From the NCBI RefSeq assembly GCF_006345805.1, contig NW_021834610.1:1-46289 (forward strand): a stretch of 46,289 nt of DNA, given 5' to 3'. Of the stretch, positions 33,741 to 45,809 are shown piece by piece. Under the pieces are notes generated by a model. It had not been told where the DNA came from. It did no database searches and worked only from the letters and a program-made list of their open reading frames with translations. The position numbers and the translations under genes were made by a program. Numbering within the stretch: position 1 is the stretch's first letter; each line of letters begins with the position of its first letter. This DNA comes from Octopus sinensis. Taxonomy: Eukaryota.

Positions 33741-34414
33741 CATCATTATTATTATTATTATTATTATCATCATCATCTCTTTTTCATTGACTGTTAATGA
33801 AGAAGGAAAGCAGTATTCATGCCCCTTTACAGGGCCCCAACACTGCTAATAGAGAGGAGCAGTAGCTTCAAACCCCAAAACCTAGCCTGGAAGCTTGTAA
33901 CAGAGTGGACAGCACTAAATGCACCCAGGTCCCAGGTAGAAGTGTTAAACCAGGTGGCAGGTTAAGTCACCTGGTTTAAGTCATGTAGGCCATGGTTGGA
34001 TATGAACGTAAAAGAAAAAAATACCACAAGGCATCAGGTCCGATTTTCTTACAATTCCAGCACCAATCTGTTACCTTGCATTGATACTCATTTTTTATTG
34101 ACCCTGAATAGATAAATGGCAAAGTTGACCTGGGCAGGATTTGAACTCAGATAATTGTTCAGATAGCTTGAATAATTACCACGAAGCATTCTGTTTGATG
34201 TTCTAACGATTCTGTCGATTTGTCACACAATATTGGAACTCAATCAACAAAGAACCCCTGCGACAGCTTGTCTTTCCTTCTCTCATCGAACGCTCAAACG
34301 CCCATTACACAGTCTTCAGTCACCGACTTCAAGTCGATTCATTTTATACCGATGGTGATGGTGATGGAGGTTGTGGTGGTGGTGATGGTGGTGGTGATGG
34401 TGGCGGTGATCAGG

Positions 34415-34610
34415 ACGCCATGATAGATCGTTAGCTCCTACACGCATTTTTTTCTCTCCTTGTTTTTTTTTCTGTGTATCTTTCTGTCAAAGAGCGTAGG
34501 CTCGAAACGTAAAAGACTTTTTCTATTCCTGAGCGTTATACTAATACATTGTTTGTCTGTACTCTACCTGCCTTCGTCTTTTGTTTATTTTCGTAAACTT
34601 TCCCTTTATA
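34415..34610 (+). mobile_element. Family F copy with hammerhead-like motif (core G8A)
   Basis: TCTTT-CTGTCAA-A-GAGC-GTAG-GCTC-GAAAC-GTA-AAAGA at 34479-34516. Ends at (TA)n. Confidence 0.75.
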
Positions 34611-34627
34611 TATATATAGATCTGTCT

Positions 34628-34721
<94 letters not shown>

Positions 34722-35194
34722 TACACACACATATATATCAGTATGTTTGTCTCTTTCTCTGTGTGTTTATATATATATATATATAGGTCTGTCTATCTCT
34801 CTCTCTCTCTCTCTCTCTTCACACACACACATATATATATATATAAACCGTTGACTTCTTATTGCTTTTCTTTACCTTTTCTTTCTCTCTCTCTCTCAGT
34901 CCCCCTCCCCACATACACACACCAACGTATCATCAAACAATGGGTTCTAAAGTAACCACCCACACCCTCAATATATTTGCTCTCCTGGCTTCCATTGCAG
35001 CCACACCCTTCACACTATGACATGGCTTTCCTGTGACATAACCTCCTACACCGAGTTGACATCCAACGAACTGGGTGGGGGTGGGGGTACCAAAAAATAA
35101 ACAAACGGACACATGTACTTATAGGCGCACTACAGGTGATATGTAAATATGTGGCTCTGTATCAATGTGCGTATATCTATTTACCTGTCAGTCC

Positions 35195-35215
35195 GTCCGT
35201 CTGTCTGTCAGTCTG

Positions 35216-35307
<92 letters not shown>

Positions 35308-35406
35308 CCTGTCTTCTGTCTGTCTGTCCGGCTGTCTGCCTATCTATCTATCTATATGTCTGTGCATCCGTCTGTCTGTCCATCTATCTATCTATCTATC
35401 TATCTA

Positions 35407-35465
<59 letters not shown>

Positions 35466-35503
35466 TATCTATCTATCTATCTACTTGTGTGTGTGTGTGT
35501 GTG
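35195..35503. repeat. (CTAT)n/(CTGT)n/(GT)n compound microsatellite
   Basis: Direct inspection. Confidence 0.95.
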
Positions 35504-36615
35504 TGTGTCTGTTTGTCTCCAAGTTACAAAGATGTAAACACACCAATACCGGTTGTCAAGTGGTTGTGGGAGACAAATACAGACACAAAGACACACACGC
35601 ACACACACACACGCATACATACGACAGGCTTCTTTCAGTTTCCCTCTATCAAATCCGCTCGCAAGACTTTGGTCAGTCCAAGGTGCTACGCAGTGGGACT
35701 GAACCCGGAACCATATGGTTGGGAAGATCGGTTTTCAGCCACGCAGGATTTCCTTCATTGTGTCGAGGAAGAGGAAAATATTTTGAAAACAGTCATAACA
35801 GGTGAAGAATCGTGGGTCTATGGCTATGACCCTGAAACCAAGGCAAAAATCAAATCCCAGTTGAAAGGGACAAAATTTCAAGACGTCGAGGGAATCCAAG
35901 AGAATACGACGAGTCAGTTGGCCGATGTCCCCCCAAAAGGAGTTCCATGAATGCTCCCATCATTGGAAACGATGCTGAATAAAGGATGAGATTTCAGAAT
36001 GGGGTTACTTTGAAGGAGATTAAATGCCGAATTGATATGAGTTGTGGTTTTCTCTCTATAGCCTCCCAGTCCTGATACTTTTTTGGTCAGACCTCGTACC
36101 TAATCTAAAAACTAAGACATTCATTGTAAGGAACAATAAGTATTTATTGTTTTCTACTCTAGGCACAAGGCCCGAAATATAGATTGCTTTTAAATTAAGA
36201 AAGTGTTTTGAAGTCAAAGTCGATTGGAGGCGCTTTTAGCTTCCCGACGTCTTGAAATTTTGTCCCTTTCAACTGAGATTTGATTTTTGCCTTGGTTTCA
36301 GGGTCATAGCCATAGACCCACGATTCTTCACCTGTTATGATTGTTTTCAAAATGTTTTCCTCTTCCTCGACACAATGAAGGAAATCCTGCGTGGCTGAAA
36401 AACGATCTTCCCAACCATATGGTTCCGGGTTCAGTCCCAATGCGTAGCACCTTGGACTGACCAAAGTCTTGCGAGCGGATTTGATAGAGGGAAACTGAAA
36501 GAAGCCTGTCGTATGTATGCCTGTGTGTCTTTGTGTCTGTATTTGTCTCCCACAACCACTTGACAACCGGTATTGGTGTGTTTACATCTTTGTAACTTGT
36601 GGACAAACAGACACA
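35504..36615. repeat. Inverted duplication: arms 35504-35888 and 36245-36615 (SINE-A fragment fused to deleted mariner)
   Basis: Arms are near-identical reverse complements and both translate to [47 protein letters not shown]. Confidence 0.92.
35740..36096 (+). mobile_element. Internally deleted mariner with 3' terminus
   Basis: [16 protein letters not shown] is joined directly to the C-terminal [13 protein letters not shown]...GYFEGD*. Ends ...CAGACCTCG-TA at 36096-36098. Confidence 0.8.
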
Positions 36616-36649
36616 TTAAAGGTTCTTTGGATAAAATCGACAGTTTTAG

Positions 36650-36870
36650 ATTCCTCTCGTTTTGTTCTATCATTTGGTTGGCATCCTTTTTGTCTCGAGA
36701 GACAATGGAGTTGCGCATAAAATAATCTAGTCCGGCTTTTACAATTCATATCCTGATACATTTCCTGCTGTGGCTGTGTAGTCTTATCCTGGACAAACAC
36801 TCCCTCTGGCAGGTGCCGCAAATGTAGCGAAGACTTTGCCTGGCTGGTTGTAATGTCATAGTTCTATCAT
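36650..36870 (-). mobile_element. RTE LINE 3' terminus with C-terminal zinc-finger-like motif
   Basis: LRYICGTCQRECLSRIRLHSHSRKCIRI*, then 3' UTR CCATTGTCTCTCGAGACAAAAAGGATGCCA, resembling RTE 3' ends. Confidence 0.8.
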
Positions 36871-37162
36871 TTAAGCTTAAATAAAATATAATTTTCTTTT
36901 AAGGTAAGAAAGTTACTTTGATTCAGAGTCGATTTTTCGCCTTACTCTCCCCTTTGGGACCTCACATATTTTAACGTAAATTTTTTTTTCCACTAAACCA
37001 AATTTCAATATTTTTATACCAAAATGTAGCTTGGGAGATGACTATCATAGAACTCTTAACAGTTTTGAATTTGTTTGAGAAATGATTTTGTGGCAAAGCT
37101 TTGAAGAGGCTGCGAGTGAGTAAATGTCGGCCTTAAGAATACCGTGGTTGAATGATTGAAGG

Positions 37163-37870
37163 TAAATTTATACGCTTGGTTCACCAAAACCCTATAATGG
37201 TGTGTGTACGCGTACGTGTGTGTGTGTGTGTGGAAAGAGGTACACCTTGAAAGGAGCACGATTCCAAGTGAATGCGATGAGGCAGCTGGCCATTATCCCC
37301 AAATTGGATGTCTGTGAATGCTTCCATCAATGGAAACACTTCTGGTTATAAAGTGTGTGGCTTCAGGTCGGGATTACTTCGAAGGAGATTAAATGTCGAA
37401 TTGACATGGTGTTGTAGTTTTACTTTTTATAGCCCCAGTCCCGATACTTACCGATCAGTCCTCATACCTGATCTAAAAACCAATCTACACATTGTAAGGA
37501 ACAATAAGTATTTATTGAAAGTAATTTTATACGCTTGGCTCACCAAAACCCTATAATGGTGTGTGTGTGTGTGTAGGTGCGTGCGTGCATGGAAAGAGAT
37601 ACGGCTTGAAAGTTATAACGGACGAAAATCTTTCCGAAATTCCAACCCCACTTGAAAGGAAGAAGACTTCAAGATGTTGAGGAAATCCAAGAGGATGCGC
37701 TATCCCCGCCCCCACTCAGCGAAAAAGAAGTTCCAGGAATGCCTCCATCAATGGAGACGGCGATGGATAAAGTGTATGGTTTCAGTAGGGGATTCGATGC
37801 CAAATTAAGGTGTTGCAGTTTTCTTTTTATAACACCACACCTGACACTTTTTGATCTGACTTCGAATGTA
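37163..37870 (+). repeat. Local tandem duplication with two further mariner 3' fragments
   Basis: TTTATACGCTTGG.TCACCAAAACCCTATAATGGTGTGTG at ~37165 and ~37526, each followed by a mariner C-terminal remnant. Confidence 0.75.
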
Positions 37871-37973
37871 CCTTTTGAATTTCGTATGGAACAGCTTCCT
37901 GGCAGCTTCTAAGCAGTTTCTATCGATCTAATTGAGTTTGAAATTTTTCCAAGATACTACGAGAGAGAGAGAG

Positions 37974-38015
<42 letters not shown>

Positions 38016-38648
38016 GGGGGAGTAAAGGGGAGAAGAGATGACCTCGGTACTTGATTCGTAGTTTATTTATTGACCCCCCAGAAAGGATAAAATGCAATAG
38101 AGACTTCGCCAGGATTTGAACTCAGACCACAGAGTCACAGAACAAATACCGCAAGGCAGTTTAACCACCGCTCTAACGTTTCCGCCAAACCCCGCTCAAT
38201 GTAACACATTAATGTACATGTGTGTGTGTGTGGTGTGTGTGTGTGTGTGTGCCCGTCCTTCCTGTTCTAAGAAGGCTAGTGTGTGATTTACACTAGATGT
38301 AACTGGTATTTCTAGCTGGTCGAGCAGCCGTTTAAAGGATCCCTGTTGCTTTGTTAATTAGTCCGGGTCTATCTTGATTGGGCAACTTATGATCAATGTC
38401 AATTCAACCATGACCATCTCGCCTTATTTTTAGACGTAATATATATAGGATAATGTGTCCTTCCTATTCAAAATGATTGCGTGTGATTTGGGGATGAAAT
38501 TTGACTGCCATTTCCAGCAGGGCCAGAGACCACGTACAGATGGTGCGGTGAATAATAAAAAGTCAGGTGTGTGTGCGTATGTGTGTGTTCATATGTGAGT
38601 GTGTACATGTGTGTATGTATATATGTATGTGCGTATGTATGTATATAT

Positions 38649-39070
38649 ATTTCTTTACTGCTCACAAGGGGCTAAACATAGAGGGTACAAACAAGGACAA
38701 AGGAATCACAATGACCCCAGTTGCAAAACTGGTACTTTATTAATCGACCCCGAAAGGATGAAAGGCAAAGTCGACCTCGGCGGAATTTGAACTCAGAACA
38801 TAACGACAGACGAAATACCGCTAAACATTTCGCCCAGCGTGCTAACGTTTCTGCCAGCTCGCCACCTATGTATGTATATATGTGTGTATATATGTATGTA
38901 TATATGTATATATGTATATATATATGTGAGGTCGACTTAGCCTTTCATCCTCTCGGGGTCGATAAATTAAGTACCAGTTGCGCATTGGGGTCGATATAAT
39001 CGACTTAATCCGTTTGTCTGTCCTTGCTTGTCCCCTCTGTGTTTAGCCCCTTGTGGGTAGTAAAGAAATA
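38649..39070. mobile_element. Head-to-head pair of family D SINEs (38649-38867 minus; 38928-39070 plus, 5'-truncated)
   Basis: Both match the D sequence and are separated by ~60 bp of (TA/TG)n. Confidence 0.85.
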
Positions 39071-39472
39071 TATATGTATATATGTGTGTACATGTGTGGG
39101 TGTTAGGATACCGCGATTCTGCACCTGTGTGCGTGTGTCTGCGTATGTGTTTGCATATGTATGTCTCTGTTTGTGTGCGTGTAGGCGTGTACTTATATCT
39201 GTGTGCACCGTACAGTATAGATAAATAAATAAATAAATATATATATATAATCTATCTGTATGTATGTATACAAATTTATATACAAATACACACAAACACA
39301 CAAACACACAAGACCTGCCAATTCTGGAGGATTGGTGAGAAAAATTCACCACAGACAACTGAATTTGCAATAGTTAAATCGGAAATGGTGGGATTGCCAA
39401 AGACGAAAACATATGTGCGCTTGTGTGTGTGTGTGTGTGTGTGTATACGGGGTGATCAGTCGGGTATGTATA

Positions 39473-39507
<35 letters not shown>

Positions 39508-39851
39508 ATATATATTTGTGTAAGCAAATATGCTAGTTGTTACGCGGAAGTGTTGGGATTGGCAGAGGAAAGGATATCGGAAATACGGGATGATGGAAAG
39601 TTGTTGTAGGGGTGGTTTTAAAATATTCATATTTTCTCACGCTGACACACAACACCACCACCACACCACCACCACCACCACAACCACCACCACCACCGGC
39701 AATATTTCGGTAAAAGTCTATGACGTCATAAGAGTGTGTGTGTGCGCATGTGTGATGTGCTTCATCTGATATTCACTTATCAATTTATTTTACTCGTTCC
39801 TTGTATCTGACTGGGTTTTTTTTTCTTCTTCTCAAAGCTTCATATTTATTA

Positions 39852-40551
39852 CCGTATTTGACGGCATATTAGACGCACCCTCATTTCAGCAGGTCAAATT
39901 CAGGAAAAAAAGTTAACCCTTTTGATACCAACCCGGCTGAAACCGGCTCTGACTCTGAGTACAAATGTCTTGTTTTCATAAGTTTTGAATTAAAATCTTC
40001 CACCAAACCTTAGTCACAATTTATGTTCCTAACACTAGCTTAATGATAACTAAGTTATTTTACTAAATACTCTGTTATATTTAAAATTAATTGAAAGAAA
40101 CACAGAGCATCTCAAAATAAATACAGTAATGAAAGGGTTAAGTGTATTTAAGCATATGTTGTTGAAAGCAGTCTAGCAGCACATTACAAAAGCAGAAAAC
40201 ATTGCTGTATAAAAGCAAGCATACAAACTACAATAGTAATCATCTTTAATCATCTTTTTAACCAGAAAACTCTTCATCATCTTCTACACCAGAAAAGTCT
40301 TCATCATCTTCAAAACAAGGAACATCTTCATCACTACTGCTGAAATCACTGTCTTCAAATAATGCATCATCTTCTGAAAATATCATTAAGGCGTTAGCGT
40401 AGGTAGAAATACTTATCGTAAGCTAGGTTAGTGAGCGTCTGGGAGAAGATTAGCCTACGGGAGGGTCTTGACTTCGCATACTAGACGCAGGGCGATTTTT
40501 TGAGCCAAATATTTTGGAAGATAAGGGTGTCCTATATACCGTCAAATACGG
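39852..40551. mobile_element. Non-autonomous Tc2/pogo-type DNA transposon with TA TSD
   Basis: TA-CCGTATTTGACGGCATAT... and ...TATACCGTCAAATACGG-TA inverted termini. Confidence 0.75.
39917..40137. mobile_element. Intact family G piggyBac-type MITE nested in the pogo-type element
   Basis: TTAA at 39913-39916 and 40138-40141. CCCTTT/AAAGGG termini. Confidence 0.88.
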
Positions 40552-40562
40552 TAATTCTAAAT

Positions 40563-41045
40563 CAGGGATCGCCAAACATTTTCGATCATCGATCCCCACC
40601 CCTTTACCAGTTTCTCCTTCCGCATCGACCCCCTTTATCATTTCTCCTTCCACATCGACCCCCTTTATCATTTCTCCTTCCGCATCGACCACCCTCCTCA
40701 TTTAAGATATCTTAGTATCCTACCGTATCTTAAATGCATACCGGATACCGATGCTATCAGTTAAAATGTTAGCTAAAATATACACGGACGACAAATTAAG
40801 AAATTCTGTTGAAGATGACTCATTTTTCACATTTAAAACTTAAACTTTTATTAAATTGTTTTCACGGTTAGAAAATGTACAAAACGCCTTATGTTTTCCC
40901 ACGTTTTGTGGCACTAAGTATTTAAATCAGTTTATCTGGGTGAGCTGGTCTTTCGCACGCCGACCCTCATTCAACCCCTTTGCTATCATCGACGCCCTGT
41001 AATTCCTTGCAAACCCCTAGGGGGTCCCTCGGACCCCTGTTCTAA
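40563..41045. mobile_element. Probable hAT-type MITE remnant with ~30-bp tandem repeat (40595-40700)
   Basis: CAGGGATCGCCAAAC terminus. CCCCTTTA.CA.TTTCTCCTTCC.CATCGAC occurs about three times. No TSD found. Confidence 0.4.
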
Positions 41046-41086
41046 CTTATTGTTTACTTCTCTCTTTTATTTCCAAGTTTATTACA

Positions 41087-41310
41087 GGAGTAATTGTCGA
41101 CAACAATCTTGACTGGGCGAGTGCTCATATCAATAATGAAGTCAATATGGCTCACAGGATGAGCTCCTGGGTCCTCAGAACTTTCCAATCCAGATAGGAA
41201 AATGTCATCTTTACCCTTTACTCCTCTTTTGTACGGCCACACCTAGAATACCTCTGTCCCCTGTGATTTCCCCACACCAAACAAAACATTACGAGAACTG
41301 AGTCACCCTA
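41087..41310 (+). mobile_element. CR1/L2-like LINE RT C-terminal fragment
   Basis: GVIVDNNLDW..AHINNEVNMAHRMSSWVLRTFQSR*...LYSSFVRPHLEY.CPL*FP. Confidence 0.75.
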
Positions 41311-41438
41311 GAGCAGTGTTTTTCAACCGGGATTTCCCAGAACCCTATATCTTTCCGGAAAAGGTTCCTAGGGGTTCCGTGAGAAAGAGTGAGATAAGCT
41401 AATGCTAATTTCATGATCTTAATATATTACTTATACAT

Positions 41439-41638
41439 AGGGCGGCGAGCTGGAAGTATTTCGTCTGCCGTTACGTTCTGAGTTCAAATTCACCGAGTTC
41501 GACTTTGCCTTTCATCCTTTCGGGGTCGATAAATTAAGTACCAGTTACGCACTGGGGATCGATGTAATCGACTTAATCCCTTTGTCTGTCCTTGTTTGTC
41601 CCCTCTATATTTAGCCCCCTGTGGGAAATAAAGAAATA
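41439..41638 (+). mobile_element. SINE family D with deletion in the head
   Basis: GGCGGCGAGCTGG joined to GTATTTCGTCTG. D core and tail intact. Confidence 0.85.
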
Positions 41639-41879
41639 AATATATACCTATACAAGTACAACATATTATTTGCTATTGTAATATAGACATCATCCTATCT
41701 AACCTATTATGTTATCAAAAAAATATAACAACCATTGGGGATATATTTAGTGATGTCTGTTATTTATAGACACCTCGGCGGGGGGAAGTTGAAATTTGAT
41801 TATTGTGATGAGTGGTCACTCTACATCTATCCATCACTACAGGTTTATAGCTTTATGTTTATAGTGTGTATGTGCGTGC

Positions 41880-42056
41880 ATATACACACACATACATATA
41901 TACATACATACATACATACATACATACACAGGCGTATATACGTACATACATACATACATACATACATACATACATACATACATACATACATACATACATA
42001 CATACATGCATACATATGTGTATGCATACATACACACATACATACGTACATATATA
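41880..42056. repeat. (CATA)n microsatellite
   Basis: Direct inspection. Confidence 0.95.
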
Positions 42057-42240
42057 TGACGAACTAACTGTTACTTTCTCAGATGCAGCACGGATTTTGT
42101 CAGTGAACAGGTCGCGGATTTTAGCGACGAAAATATTTTGACAAATTAAACTTAAATGTTGAAGTGAATCGAACGGCTTTTGGTGTGTTTCTTAAAGCGT
42201 ATAAACACCTTCCACGCTGCAATTGTTTATATATATATAG

Positions 42241-42288
<48 letters not shown>

Positions 42289-43199
42289 CATTTGTGTCTA
42301 TTTTTATTTTCCTAATATTTTCGTTGCGTCTTGCAACCTTTTCAGTAGTCTTGACTCTGTCCGTTATTTACACTGCGTTCCCTTTTGTTTGTTTGTGCGC
42401 ATGTGTGTGGGTCAGTGTGTGTGTGTGTGTGCCTATACATGCATACATGTACGTATGTATGTATGTATGTGTGTGCATCTGCATGTACGTATCCTGCATA
42501 TTTATGTGCATGCCTGTCCGTGTTTGTGTTGTTTCTATGTATGCGTGTGTGAGCATGTGTTTGTATATGTATGCACCTCTGTCTCCTTGTGTGTGCATAT
42601 CTGTGTGTGTGTGTGGTGTGTGTGTTATGTAACTATGTACCATGTTTGTATGTATGGATGTGCATCTTTATATGTGTGGATCCGTGTCTCCATATGTGTC
42701 TGTTCTTGTAACCTATGTACCTATCCGTCTGTATGTTGATCTGTTTATTTACATATCTAAATGCTTACATACAGAAAAAAAAAGATATATATAAAATAAA
42801 AAATATAACAAAAACAAAAAAATAATGGTTAAAAAATGGCGTACACACACACTCACACCCACATACATACATTTATCTACCTAACAGTCCACTAACTATT
42901 CTACTCTACCTGTGTAAACTGTGGGTATGGAGATATGGTATTTACCATGTATATTTCCTATTTAATATTGGGGAAGTTTCATTTATAAGGACGTACTCCC
43001 GTATTTGTCTGAGTGTTGGGTCTTTTGGGTGCTTGGATAAGATGCGGATGTCAAGTTGACCCAAGTTACCTCCATGGTGGTCTTTGGCATGTTGGTAGAG
43101 TATGGAGGACTGTTTTCTGTCGTCATATTGTCTTAGATGTTCATTTATCCGTCTTAGATGTTCATTTATCCGTCTTTGATGTTCATTTATCCGTCTTCA

Positions 43200-43950
43200 T
43201 TCGGCAATTCGATCCGGAAACATGCAGAAAACAATTCTGTTTTCGAAGTGAATGGTGACAAGGAACGCAAAATGGATCGTCTATAACAATGTGAAGCGCA
43301 AACTATCATGGCGGAACCGCGTCGATCCTCCACAAACAACCTCTGAAGCAGGACTTCGCTCAAAAAGGTACTGCTCTCAATTACATGGGAATGGAAGGGT
43401 ATTGTTTTTTTACGAGCTTCTTCCCACAGAAGTGTACTGTGACCAGCTGGACAAATTAAATGCATGCTCCACCAGAAGCACTTGCTAATCATAAAGGCAT
43501 TGTCTTTAAGGCGGCGAGCTGGCTGAATCGTTAGCATGCCGGGCGAAATGCTTTGCGGTATTTCGTCCGCCGCTGCGTTCTGAGTTCAAATTCCGTCGAG
43601 GTCGACTTTGCCTTTCATCCTTTCGGGGTCGATAAATTAAGTACCAGTTACGCACTGGGGTCGATGTAATCGACTTAATCCGTTTGTCTGTCCTTGTTTG
43701 TTCCCTCTGTGTTTAGCCCCTTGTGGGTAGTAAAGAGATACATAAAGGCATTGTCTTTCATCACAACAATGCCAGACTGCGCATTTCTTTGCAGTTACAG
43801 CAGATGTTACCAGGGCTTCACTGAGAAGCTTTGCTGCATCTTCCAAATTCGGCGATGAATTGACAGACCGCCAACTCTGAAGAAGATGTGAAAATTTACC
43901 TGGAAGAATTTTTCACCAGTAAAAACAGGAAGTTTTTCATGGAGAAGTTC
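43200..43950 (+). mobile_element. Decayed mariner transposase fragment interrupted by SINE D
   Basis: VTRNAKWIVYNNVKRKLSW...PPQTT, FYELLP, YCDQLDKLN, HHNNAR motifs. Confidence 0.8.
43508..43740 (+). mobile_element. SINE family D, full length
   Basis: 18-bp TSD CATAAAGGCATTGTCTTT at 43490-43507 and 43741-43758. Confidence 0.93.
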
Positions 43951-43954
43951 TTAA

Positions 43955-44245
43955 GCAGATCAGGCCGAAAATGTCGCTAGAAGCTAGGATCACCAAGCAT
44001 AGATTGGCATATTTTGGTCATATTATGCGGAGAAAATCCCTGGAGATGGACATCATGCTCGGAATGGTCAGTGGCAAAAGAGGAAGAGGCCGACCAAGAA
44101 CCCGCTGGCTTGACACCATCGAGAGTAATACCGGAATGGACATAGCCAATCTGAAAGAAGCGGCCCAGGATAGAACTGACTGGAGGACACTGATCCATTG
44201 AGTGACCGAGAGTGACTTTGACTGAGCGGATAGATAGATATAGAT
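43955..44245 (+). mobile_element. RTE-BovB-like LINE 3' end
   Basis: SLEARITKHRLAYFGHIMRRKSLEMDIMLGMVSGKRGRGRPRTRWLDTI...QDRTDWRTLIH*VTES, then a (GATA)-like tail. Confidence 0.85.
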
Positions 44246-44641
44246 AAAAAACAGGAAATTCTTTGAGCAAAGAATAAGGAATCTGCCCACAAGATAGCTG
44301 AAGATACTAGATCGTAATCGTATCATTGATTGAATAAATCACTTTTTGTTTAAAACTTGAGACTTTATTTTCGCTAAGAAAACCGAACGAATGTTTCGTT
44401 CAACCCAGTATATATAGCAAGGGTCGGGAAACTTTTTAGTGCGGCGGGCAAAGATTTCCAACGAAAAAGGTCCACGGGCGGATCACAGGTTCTAACTCTT
44501 ATATCTGTGTAAATCCTATATATATCTACGTATAATTCGATATACATTAATAAAGAGCAATTTAACACATTAAATTAACGCCGCCACTGGATTTAGGACG
44601 TCTATATTACTTATGGGGTATTCTATACTCTTCATCTAGAG

Positions 44642-44848
44642 CAGGGGTGGGCAAACTACGACCCGCCATAGGTTTTCATGCGGCCCGCCGAGAGGAATAT
44701 TTCACAAAATTTCCTTTCAATCAATTGTGTGTTTATAGGTCTATAACCGCCTTTAAAAATATTTTCACTTGATCTTTATAAGTGAGGCCCGCTAGGGTTC
44801 CAAAGACGCACTGTGCGGCCCGCGATCAAAAAAGTTCGCCCACCCCTG
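44642..44848. mobile_element. hAT (Charlie-type) MITE, 207 bp
   Basis: TIRs CAGGGGTGGGCAAACT / AGTTCGCCCACCCCTG. 8-bp TSD ATCTAGAG at 44634-44641 and 44849-44856. Confidence 0.93.
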
Positions 44849-45135
44849 ATCTAGAGTGTAGTTGGGTCTCAAGGGGTGGTACAAACCTAGCAATAGGCGT
44901 TTTATAGTGAAAACAAAATTTCCATTCAAATGGCAATTACCGGACGATTTCTGACCGTTTTAAGTCGTAGTGGAAACGTGACTTATGTCGCAAATAGGTA
45001 CACGAGTATTGTATAAATTTTGAGTGAAAAATTGACTATATTTTGTACATACGAGTATGTCGGCCTGTGGGCACAACAAAATGTGCTCGAGGGCGCAACT
45101 GCGCCTGCGTGCGGAGGTTTCCCCACCCTGACTTA

Positions 45136-45363
45136 CAGTAATCGCTCGCCATTTCGCGGTTCACCTATCGCGGTTTATTATTTAAGCCTGCGTCGATTTC
45201 TCCGTGGTGTTGATTTGCATTTATAATAAAATGAATATATATAAATTATAAAAAAAAAAAATAATAAAATAGACGGTACAGTAGTGTTTCTACTTCGCGG
45301 ATTTTCAACTATCGCGGGTGGTGGTGGTGGAACGTAACACCCGCGATAGTCGTGGGATTACTG
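45136..45363. mobile_element. Tigger/pogo-type MITE with TA TSD
   Basis: TA-CAGTAATCGCTCG...TATCGCGG / CCGCGATAGTCGTGGGATTACTG-TA. Confidence 0.75.
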
Positions 45364-45397
45364 TATATATGTAAATTATGTCTGCACATACACAGTA

Positions 45398-45809
45398 GGA
45401 GTGGCTGTGTGGTAAGTAGCTTGCTTACCAACCACATGGTTCCGGGTTCAGTCCCACTGCGTGGCACCTTGGGCAAGTGTCTTCTGCTATAGCCCCGGGC
45501 CAACCAATGCCTTGTGAGTGGATTTGGTAGACGGAAACTGAAAGAAGCCTGTCGTATATATGTATGTATATATGTGTGTGTGTGCGTGTATGTTTGTGTG
45601 TCTGTATTTGTCCCCCTAGCATTGCTTGACAACCGATGCTGGTGTGTTTATGTCCCCGTTACTTAGCGGTTCGGCAAAAGAGACCGATAGAACAAGTACT
45701 GGGCTTACAAAGAATAAGTCCCGGGGTCGATTTGCTCGACTAAAGGCAGTGCTCCAGCATGGCCGCCGTCAAATGACTGAAACAAGTAAAAGAGTAAAAG
45801 AGAGTAAAG
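45398..45809 (+). mobile_element. SINE family A flanked by ~118-bp direct repeats
   Basis: Direct repeats at 45280-45397 and 45810-45933. Confidence 0.9.

Noticed and set aside
43144-43196. 21-bp tandem repeat x3 as a regulatory array
   Set aside because: A simple slippage duplication next to a mariner remnant. No supporting context.
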